Below are positions 27,248 through 34,955 of a stretch of DNA of 34,955 nucleotides, piece after piece. The position numbers and the translations under genes are program-made. The notes under the pieces were generated by a model. That model did not search any database. It had not been told where the DNA came from and saw only the letters and a list, made by a program, of their open reading frames with translations. The stretch is from Oligoflexales bacterium (lineage in GTDB: Bacteria > Bdellovibrionota_B > Oligoflexia > Oligoflexales > Bog-1112): positions 1-34,955 of the forward strand of contig JBGCDR010000039.1 in NCBI GenBank assembly GCA_045105515.1, written 5' to 3'. The first letter of the stretch is position 1; every line of letters begins with the position of its first letter.

Positions 27248-29380
27248 ATGAGCCACAAAGGATTTAGAAATCTACCACCCCTGCCTGAGAATAGATCAAA
27301 CTGGGCAAAATTTATCTCCTTCTTGAAAAAATATCGCATAATTCCAAGATCAAGTAAGCCACTAACGAGTATGCTGCGTATAGGGACCATCTTAGCCTAT
27401 TTTGTCCTGGTAGTATGCGCTGTGTACTATCTAGATGAGTTTGGTGTATTTTCAATTGACAAAAAGCGTTTTGCTCCTATTCTCAGTTGGAAAGCTGCAG
27501 ACAACACTCTCATTTATGATCGTGACTCTAACAAGATAGGGGAAATTTTCTCCAATTATCATATTTATACTCCCTATGACCAATTACCCTCTGGCCTTGT
27601 TAAAGCTATCATCGCTACTGAGGACCGAGAATTCTTTTCACATAGAGGAATTAACCTAAAAAGCATGGTGCGAGCTGTATGGGTTTTTATGTCCTCTGAT
27701 CGGAAACAATTCACCCAGGGTGCGAGCACAATTACCCAACAGCTAGTTCGACACTTTCTGCTAACAAAAGAAAAAACAATCAGCCGCAAACTTAGAGAAA
27801 TAATTCTTGCATTGAAGCTTGAGAGGCTTATTTCTAAAGAAAAGATTCTAGAAATTTATACCAACACCTTGTTCTTAGGAGACGGGGCCTACGGAGTGGG
27901 TGCAGCTGCAAAAAGATATTTTGATAAGCCTCTTAGCAATCTAGAATTACATGAGCTTGCCTTAATTGCCGGCCTATTTCAATCACCAAGCCGCTACAAC
28001 CCCCATCGCCATCCAAAGCTCGCAAAAAAAAGGCAAAAGCATGTATTACGTTCTATGCAAGCAAGTGGGTATATTGGATCTAAACAGACACGATTCTGGA
28101 TGCGTAAAGCTCTCAAATATCATTCCTATCGCTCACTCTACGGTGCAAAAGCCCCCTATTTTGTTGATTTTATTAGAGAGAAAGCGAAACAACTATTAGA
28201 CTCAAACAACATTAAGAACAAAGGTTTACGCATTCATACGACACTTTCTCCCAAACTTCAGATGCTCACAGAGCAAGCAATCGCAAAACAGTCTGAGCTA
28301 TTTGGAAAAATAAAAAAGGATCGAACCCAGAACAAGCTTACCGGGAACTCAAATGCCAAACTTGAAGTCGCGATGGTGGTTACCGCCCCCCAAACCGGAG
28401 AAATACTTGCCATGGTGGGTGGTAAAAATTATCAGCAATCGAAATTTAATCGTGCAGTGCAAGCAAAGAGACAGCCCGGCTCAGCTTTCAAACCAATAGT
28501 GTATAGCCTTGCGTTAGAGTTAGGTTCAAAATGGAGTGACGTGATCTATGTGTCTCCAATCACTCTAGCCGGAAACTACCGTCCTCGCTCCCCTGAAGCA
28601 GACTATATGACGAAAACAACTCTACTGAGGGCATTTTATCGCTCTATGAACGCTCCTACTCTTGAGCTTGGTCAAAAGCTAGGAATGCAATCAGTATTGG
28701 AACATGCTCAGAAACTAGGGGTCCGATCATCTATGAAAGCGGAATTTGGCACAATGCTCGGAGCATCAGAGCTTACCTTGCTTGACCTAGCACGAGTCAA
28801 TGGCAGCTTCGCAAATTATGGGGTTCTAACAGAACTAATTGGTATAACTAAAATTCTCGATCGCAACGGTAATATTCTCTATAAAATGCAAGATCCGCAA
28901 AATCGCTCTGAACAAGTCCTGAGCCCTCAGATAGCCTTCCTAACCATACAAGGCTTACAGCAAGTACTCATGCGTGGTACAGGATGGAAATTCAACCGTC
29001 TGAGTAAGTGGGCGGCAGGTAAAACGGGAACATCCAATGAGTCTAAAGATAACTGGTTCACTGGATTCACTGATAGTTTAGTCGCTGTTACATGGGTTGG
29101 AAGTGATGATTCAAGTCCAATTTATGGAAATACTCAAGGAGGCACTGTGGCATTACCGATCTGGGCAGATTTTATTGAAAATGCGCAAAAGTTTTATCCT
29201 AGTGAGCCCTTTAAAGTACCAGAAGGAGTCAAAGATTTGCGTATAAACGCAAAATCGGGAGTTCCCAGCAAGGAAGGAATGAAAATGTGGTTTTTGGAAG
29301 AAGCCCTCCCAAAAGAATCAAATACTCCAATCACAGAGTTTAGCACCACCAAAAACTTTAGAAACCCTATATTCCAATAG
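27248..29380 (+). CDS. Class A penicillin-binding protein (PBP1A family; glycosyltransferase plus transpeptidase)
   Basis: N-terminal TM; GT51 motifs EDREFFSHRG, GASTITQQL, RKLRE and KILEIY.N; transpeptidase motifs RQPGSAFKP (SxxK), SMN and KTGT. Confidence 0.93.
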   Translation: MSHKGFRNLPPLPENRSNWAKFISFLKKYRIIPRSSKPLTSMLRIGTILAYFVLVVCAVYYLDEFGVFSIDKKRFAPILSWKAADNTLIYDRDSNKIGEIFSNYHIYTPYDQLPSGLVKAIIATEDREFFSHRGINLKSMVRAVWVFMSSDRKQFTQGASTITQQLVRHFLLTKEKTISRKLREIILALKLERLISKEKILEIYTNTLFLGDGAYGVGAAAKRYFDKPLSNLELHELALIAGLFQSPSRYNPHRHPKLAKKRQKHVLRSMQASGYIGSKQTRFWMRKALKYHSYRSLYGAKAPYFVDFIREKAKQLLDSNNIKNKGLRIHTTLSPKLQMLTEQAIAKQSELFGKIKKDRTQNKLTGNSNAKLEVAMVVTAPQTGEILAMVGGKNYQQSKFNRAVQAKRQPGSAFKPIVYSLALELGSKWSDVIYVSPITLAGNYRPRSPEADYMTKTTLLRAFYRSMNAPTLELGQKLGMQSVLEHAQKLGVRSSMKAEFGTMLGASELTLLDLARVNGSFANYGVLTELIGITKILDRNGNILYKMQDPQNRSEQVLSPQIAFLTIQGLQQVLMRGTGWKFNRLSKWAAGKTGTSNESKDNWFTGFTDSLVAVTWVGSDDSSPIYGNTQGGTVALPIWADFIENAQKFYPSEPFKVPEGVKDLRINAKSGVPSKEGMKMWFLEEALPKESNTPITEFSTTKNFRNPIFQ

Positions 29381-29407
29381 ACCAATTTAATAAGGAATGC
29401 TATTCAC

Positions 29408-30937
29408 ATGAAGGAAAGCATACTTTTTCTCCTCATAATTTGTACTTTTTCGTTCGCTTGTGTCAATCCTACCAATGAACTGATCATTCCAAGATCAGAA
29501 CCTTTAACGATGGAAGAATTGACCTCAGTAATGAAAGCAACAACTAAACCTAAAAAGAACCAGGTAAAAAGTCGTGGAAGATCTGATCTTCAAGCTTGTT
29601 TGCGCATCGTTACTAGAATATCTCCTTCGTTAGCGCAGCTGAAAGAATTTCTTGGGAAGTCTGAATTTATCGAAAATAATCCTTTTTTAATGTCACAGCT
29701 GACTCCTTCACATTGCTCAGGTCCCACCTATGAAAAAACCTTAGAACTAGCAACAGAAGCAATCAATCACCATGGAGAAACCTTAGGGATCATCCTTCCT
29801 TTGACCGGAGAACACTCTGAGTTAGGGAAAGCGGTGCTTTATGGTATCAAAACTGCACGAGCGAACAAACAAAGAAAAACACGTAGACGCATACTCATCA
29901 AAGACAGCACTAGCACTTCACAAGGCTCACTACGTGCTTTAGCTGAACTTGTATTTTACGATCAAGCTTCCATTGTCATCGGAGGCTTAAGCTTAGCTGA
30001 AGCAAATGCAATCGCACCATATAGCGCCAAGCTTTTTACCCCGATGCTACTTCTCAACAAAGCTAAAGAATTGATTGAAGCAAATCCCTATACACTGCAG
30101 ATTTATCCAAATGAATATGATCAGGCGAAAGCACTTGCTCTAGAAAGCAAACATCGCAATATCAAAAGTATTTCAATCTTAAAACCAGATAATGGTAAAT
30201 CTGATCGAATAATATCTTTACTTAAAAGCTTTTTAAAAAGACAAGAAATCAGTGTCAAACAGGAGCTTACCTATACTCCTGGAAATTATGAATCAATGGA
30301 TCATGCCGTAGCTGAAATAACCCAAGCACGCCCTGAACACCGACCTGAGGAGTATCAAGAGCTCTATAAAACATCAGAAGAGCAGGCTAAAGAAGAAGGG
30401 GTGCCCTTCAATCCCCGTAGTGTCGTACTCAGCCCGAAGGTCGAAGTAGACGGAATTTTTTTACCTGATAATTTTCACATGGTTAGATTTTTTGTAAAAC
30501 TTTTCAAATATTATGGTATTAACAAACTTCCACTGATAGGTACTCACGAATGGAGGTCTGAAGAACTAATAAAACCTTGGGATGACTTTCTAAAAGATTC
30601 TTATTTTGCAGATTTCATAGGTTCTTATCACGATATCCCTGTTAAGTTGCAAAACAAAATTGAAGTCAGTCAATACTTCGTGCCAGCACATGCTGCTTCA
30701 ATCATCGATTTCCGTCTTATTGGATATCGAGCAGCAAATATTGGCCTAAATGTTTTGGAAACTCCATTTTTAAAGAGGAAGTACATTCTGCGACAGCTTA
30801 AACGTCAGAGTGAAGACGTCGAATTTTTTAAATCAAAAAAAGTTTTTTACACCAATCGTGCAAGCTGGTGGCCAGTTTTTGTCTTTTCTCTTGCAAAAAC
30901 AAATTTGGATATGATTAGTCATTGGCAACAGCAATAA
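29408..30937 (+). CDS. Lipoprotein with type I periplasmic-binding fold, LpoA/LppC-like candidate PBP activator
   Basis: Signal peptide with lipobox SFAC; LGIILPLTG....G.....GI, IKDS, VIGGL, DGIFLPD and LIGT..W; AAGGA upstream; 27 nt after the PBP. Confidence 0.65.
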   Translation: MKESILFLLIICTFSFACVNPTNELIIPRSEPLTMEELTSVMKATTKPKKNQVKSRGRSDLQACLRIVTRISPSLAQLKEFLGKSEFIENNPFLMSQLTPSHCSGPTYEKTLELATEAINHHGETLGIILPLTGEHSELGKAVLYGIKTARANKQRKTRRRILIKDSTSTSQGSLRALAELVFYDQASIVIGGLSLAEANAIAPYSAKLFTPMLLLNKAKELIEANPYTLQIYPNEYDQAKALALESKHRNIKSISILKPDNGKSDRIISLLKSFLKRQEISVKQELTYTPGNYESMDHAVAEITQARPEHRPEEYQELYKTSEEQAKEEGVPFNPRSVVLSPKVEVDGIFLPDNFHMVRFFVKLFKYYGINKLPLIGTHEWRSEELIKPWDDFLKDSYFADFIGSYHDIPVKLQNKIEVSQYFVPAHAASIIDFRLIGYRAANIGLNVLETPFLKRKYILRQLKRQSEDVEFFKSKKVFYTNRASWWPVFVFSLAKTNLDMISHWQQQ

Positions 30938-30947
30938 AGGCACAAAT

Positions 30948-31583
30948 ATGTCTGAAAATGTATGGTTTAAGGACACAAAAAATATCTATTGTATTGGAAG
31001 AAATTATACTGAACATGCTAAAGAACTAAATAATCCAATTCCAAATAATCCACTTATTTTCTTAAAAAGTCCTGCAGCCCTTCGCTCTCTTGAGCCTGTA
31101 GAGATGGCCTTTGCTGGAGAAACCTATGACTACGAATCTGAACTCGTATTAGTCATGAAGGATCACTTAGAATTGAATACCCGTTCAATGTTTACAAACC
31201 TAGCTGGAATCTGTATAGGCCTAGACCTAACCCGTAGGGATGTACAAAGCGAGTTAAAAAGCAAAGGTCATCCTTGGGCACTTGCTAAAAATTTCAAAGG
31301 TTCTGCAATTTTGGGAAAAGTTGCTTCGCTAGAAAAAATTACTTCCCAAACTAACATAGAATTCACTTTCTATGTTAATGGTGAAGTAAAACAACATGGT
31401 CACAGCCACAATATGATCTTTTCTCTGCTAAGCATCTTAGATTCTATATTGAAAAGTGTCGAATTATTTCCCAACGATCTAATATTTACTGGAACTCCGA
31501 AAGGGGTAGGCAAGGTCGAAGTAGGTGACCATTTGCGTTTTGTCAGCCCAACTTTAGAAATAGACGAAAGTGGCTACCTTTGA
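30948..31583 (+). CDS. Fumarylacetoacetate hydrolase family protein (YcgM/FAHD1-like)
   Basis: Motifs YCIGRNYTEHAKEL, FLKSP, YESEL, DLTRRDVQ, W..AK.F and TGTPKGVG. Confidence 0.9.
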   Translation: MSENVWFKDTKNIYCIGRNYTEHAKELNNPIPNNPLIFLKSPAALRSLEPVEMAFAGETYDYESELVLVMKDHLELNTRSMFTNLAGICIGLDLTRRDVQSELKSKGHPWALAKNFKGSAILGKVASLEKITSQTNIEFTFYVNGEVKQHGHSHNMIFSLLSILDSILKSVELFPNDLIFTGTPKGVGKVEVGDHLRFVSPTLEIDESGYL

Positions 31584-31588
31584 CTGAG

Positions 31589-32926
31589 TTAAGCATGGCT
31601 CGGATTAATCTGCAAAGCTAAAATTAAATTTATAAGCCCGACAATGCTCGTTATAACCATAGCTGGTGTGTAACTATCGAAAAAGTAGGTACAGATTGCA
31701 AAAAATATAGGACCAAGAGAAGTAGCAAAGACCAAGCATGAAAGCATATAACCACTTATTTCTCCTAAATATTTGCGTCCAAAAAAATGTGGCATAGCTA
31801 CATTGGAGAGAGTTCCATAACAACCATTTGAAATCCCAACCCCTAAAATCGCTAACCAATAAGCAACTGTGTGATTAAAGAATGCAATACTTGTATAACC
31901 CAATGAAGCTCCAGCCATCATAAATGCTAATATGAACTTTAGAGGAAACCGGTCCGCAAGCCACCCTGACAGGAGGTCACTTACCCCCGAAACAATTGCT
32001 ATTGGAATAAAAATCGCAATAGCGCTTTCCTGGCCTAGTTCAGCTAGTCTAGCTATATCTGTAATATGGAAGGAAATCGCAGTGATTGTTAATCCATGCA
32101 ATGCCATTCCCAAGCAAGTACTCCAAAAGGCCATACTTTTCTTTGCTTCTTGAAGGCTTACTCCCTCTAAGCCATTTCTGTCTTTTCCCAATGTATTATT
32201 TTTCAGATGGGTACCATCTATTTGCAACCCACACTCTTCAGGGTTGTCACGGTAGAAAGTCCATCCAAGCAAGACTACCACAAACAGTACTAAAGAGAGG
32301 ATCTGGTAACTTTTAGACCAACCAAATCTATTAATTAAGAAAAGAAAAAAAGGAGGCACGAGAGCAAAACCAACTGAGATGGATAAACCTGAAAAGGCCG
32401 AGACAAGTCCTCTTCTCTTCAGAAACCATTTTCCAATAAGATTACGGCTAGTAAGCATAAGAACCCCTTGCCCCAAAAACCTCATCCCAAAAAAACCTAA
32501 GGTCATGGTAAGCATAGCAATGGGAAAGAGACCTGGAACTTTTTTAACTACCAAAAACGAAAAATAGCTATTTAAATTGCTGAAGATAAGCAGCATGACT
32601 GCCAACCCCAGCCCTGAGCTAGTCATCAAAATACGACCACCATATCGATCATATAAACGGCCAACCCATTTCAACATAAAACTTGAGCACATAGTGCCAA
32701 GAAAATAAGCTGTACAGAGCTCCATACGATTCAGGTGGCTTACATTCATAAGCGAGTCGGTAAACACACTAAAGCCAATGGTTTGACCAGGAGCAGTAGC
32801 CAACATTCCCACTATGGCTACACCAAGTGCAACCCACCCATAGTAAAAAGGAAACATTTTCGGCCTAACAGGAAACTCTGGACTCAATAACCTATGCATT
32901 TCTTTACCCAATAGATTGATCATCAA
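31589..32926 (-). CDS. MFS transporter
   Basis: About 12 TM segments; MFS motif A in both halves (GRLYDRYGGR and GWLADRFP); N-terminal FYYGW...PGQT and WF.KRRG. Confidence 0.9.
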   Translation of the reverse strand: MMINLLGKEMHRLLSPEFPVRPKMFPFYYGWVALGVAIVGMLATAPGQTIGFSVFTDSLMNVSHLNRMELCTAYFLGTMCSSFMLKWVGRLYDRYGGRILMTSSGLGLAVMLLIFSNLNSYFSFLVVKKVPGLFPIAMLTMTLGFFGMRFLGQGVLMLTSRNLIGKWFLKRRGLVSAFSGLSISVGFALVPPFFLFLINRFGWSKSYQILSLVLFVVVLLGWTFYRDNPEECGLQIDGTHLKNNTLGKDRNGLEGVSLQEAKKSMAFWSTCLGMALHGLTITAISFHITDIARLAELGQESAIAIFIPIAIVSGVSDLLSGWLADRFPLKFILAFMMAGASLGYTSIAFFNHTVAYWLAILGVGISNGCYGTLSNVAMPHFFGRKYLGEISGYMLSCLVFATSLGPIFFAICTYFFDSYTPAMVITSIVGLINLILALQINPSHA

Positions 32927-33196
32927 TAACCAGTTCTATCTAACTATCATAACTGTGTCTTGTTTTTTTTATTACTTATTCGCTCGTTTTATTCCTGGCA
33001 ACCCACTATTTAAAATGCTGTATATTTTTAATCGTAGCTTTTATTTGAAAGCCAAAAATTCCACTCCCTTACTTAGAATGATTTTATTGTAAGTCGTTAC
33101 ACACTATATTTTAAAGAAAATTACATCTTCCTTAAAAAATAACCAAATTATCCCGAATTGAGCTTATAGTGGACTAAGCCCTTCATAAGGAATGCG

Positions 33197-34140
33197 ATGT
33201 ATTCATTTTCATTTTACTCCCTTTTCTTGATACTTAGCTTTGTATTTAGCAATAATAAAGGCCTAGCAACTGTCAGGGGAATTTATGTAAATCAGCAAAG
33301 TATTCATAGTACCAAAAAATTAAATTTCCTAATTAAAATGGCAAAGTCTACAATGATTAACACCTTTGTCGTTGATCTGCACAGGATGACAGATGCTTAT
33401 GAGAAAAATATAAGCCTATTAAAAGAAGCTAATATAGGTATGTATACTCGTATCATCGTGTTTCCCGGCGGTGGAAATGAACAACAGATCCATTCTCGAG
33501 AATACATAAAAAAGAGGATCGAATTGGCACAGCAAGCTGCCAGGCTAGGATCCAAAGTTATTCAACTTGACTATATTCGGTACTCTACAAAACGTAAAAA
33601 ATCTCCTGATAATGCTAAAGATATCTTGTCAGTGATCCAACAATTTAAAGAGGCTGAGTCCATTTCACAATTACCACTACATATAGCATTTTTTGGAGAA
33701 GCTCTCTATTCAGCGTCAACTGCTATAGGACAAGACATACCTTTTTTTCAACTGCTATCGATGGAATTGCACCTATGCTTTATCCTTCACATTTCAAACC
33801 TTATAAAGAAAGTTCACACAAAGCATATAGCACCATTTACAATTCACTCTCAGCTTTAAAAGTCCAATTCAATAAAAATGTTCCTTTTGATGTTATTCCA
33901 TATTACGAAATTTTTAATGTTCGAGTTCCCATGACAAAAGAAGTTCGCCTGCAATATATCCAAGATCAGATCAAGGCTATAGAGGATCATGAAGTTAGAG
34001 GCTGGATAGCTTGGAGTGCAACGAATAAATATGGTTACTTATTCGAAGTATTGGAAAGCATGAAGCAAAAAAATTCAAGCGAAGAAGATGATAGGACGAA
34101 TACCGATGATGTCCTATCTGAGGACACTGAAGCGTTTTAA
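33197..34140 (+). pseudogene. Putative secreted glycoside hydrolase (DUF4015-like TIM barrel) split by a 1-nt frameshift: pseudogene, slippage site or assembly error
   Basis: ORFs 33197-33859 and 33775-34140 join if one T is added to the T7 run at 33742-33748, giving IGQDIPFFSTAIDGIAPMLYPSH. Other family motifs: VRGIYV, IN..VVD, RIIVF, IQLDYIRY and GW..W...N.Y. Confidence 0.72.
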
Positions 34141-34955
34141 CAAAGCTAGACCTCCTTGCTCAAACTGCTTACTCAACTCTTGATAGGCACAAGGGTGACT
34201 TTCATTCCCTAAGGAAAAATTATTGCCTCCAAAAACAAACATTTTACTATCAGAATTCTCGTTGTTACTTATCCCCATTTTGTCACCAGCAACTAATATT
34301 TGATCCCTGCTAATAGATATTCCATTTCGTGATAATAATGGAATAAGAAAGTTCAAAATATGATATTTTGCGATACTCTTATTTGTGCCCAATGTCTTAA
34401 CGTGGAGAACTGCTGTTCCCTTTACACTCATTTTAGTTCGAAACTCTAAAGGTTTACCAATTATTTCATGCAACGGCTGCAATTGCTCTATTGCTAGACT
34501 TCTTTTTTCTTTGGAAGAAAAGTGAAGCGATACATAAGAATCGCGAAAAAAGAACTTATCTTGTTCATATAGAGAAGTTAGTTCCTTAATTTTATCAACT
34601 AAAAATGCTCCTTCATCCCGGTCAAAACTAAAATTGAATACGGGATTACTATCCAAATTACCCTCATGATCAAAACGATAATATGCAGCCCCTGCGCATG
34701 GAAATAGATGTACCTGCTTGAAGAGATATCTACTTTTTTTGTCTAAAAAATCACGCATTGGTGAAATAAAGTAATCTGCGAGACCACGCTCCCCCAGAGG
34801 TTGATCTGTTATGATAGCTAGTGCCTGATTGGAAACACACCGCCGCTTTTGTGTGTAAGGCTTAGAGCACTATAATCTTTAGCGAATTTCCCCAGTTTCT
34901 CTAAAAATGATATAATTGTCGGAAAATCAAAAGATCTTGGGGGTGCCCATGCGCG
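34114..34955 (-). CDS. HAD-superfamily (type IIB-like) hydrolase, 5'-truncated and probably frameshifted
   Basis: C-terminal GTNKS.A (motif III Lys) and ILVAGDK......NSD..M (motif IV). The frame stays open upstream of Met 34758 to 34869 (LAIITDQ), and a second frame is open from the window edge to a stop at 34820-34818. Confidence 0.55.

Noticed and set aside
480..32567. Short alternative ORFs in the track (e.g. 480-773, 9693-9983, 17564-17920, 19314-19646, 22287-22820, 25418-25762, 27966-28199)
   Set aside because: They lie antisense or out of frame within well-supported genes, have no recognisable motifs, and look like shadow ORFs.

Overview
AT-rich bacterial chromosomal segment, densely coding and mostly cell-envelope, signalling and housekeeping genes. 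The gene repertoire suggests Bdellovibrionota/Oligoflexia or a related former deltaproteobacterium (inference only). Left to right: the 3' end of a Lys-rich histone-H1-like repeat ORF; a yejABE-type peptide ABC importer with no adjacent yejF; an ABC-2/EcsAB-like pair; a membrane PP2C/SpoIIE phosphatase; Prc/Tsp protease; a tail-anchored protein with apparent (REC-like + PilZ-like) x2 architecture; fur; a minus-strand cluster read as tatA, two ArsA/Get3-like ATPases, mlaE, mlaF and a long beta-barrel-type mlaD; a 1786-aa Ser/Thr kinase with P-loop NTPase, GAF-like and degenerate PP2C regions; a BpsA-like aminopropyltransferase; pyk; a class A PBP with an LpoA-like lipoprotein and FAH-family gene; an MFS transporter; a DUF4015-like hydrolase split at a T7 run; and a truncated, probably frameshifted HAD-like gene. 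I saw no rRNA, tRNA, CRISPR array or mobile element. The best candidate for an undescribed system is the tatA/Get3-like pair/transenvelope MlaEFD cluster. All family calls are from motif recognition, not database searches.
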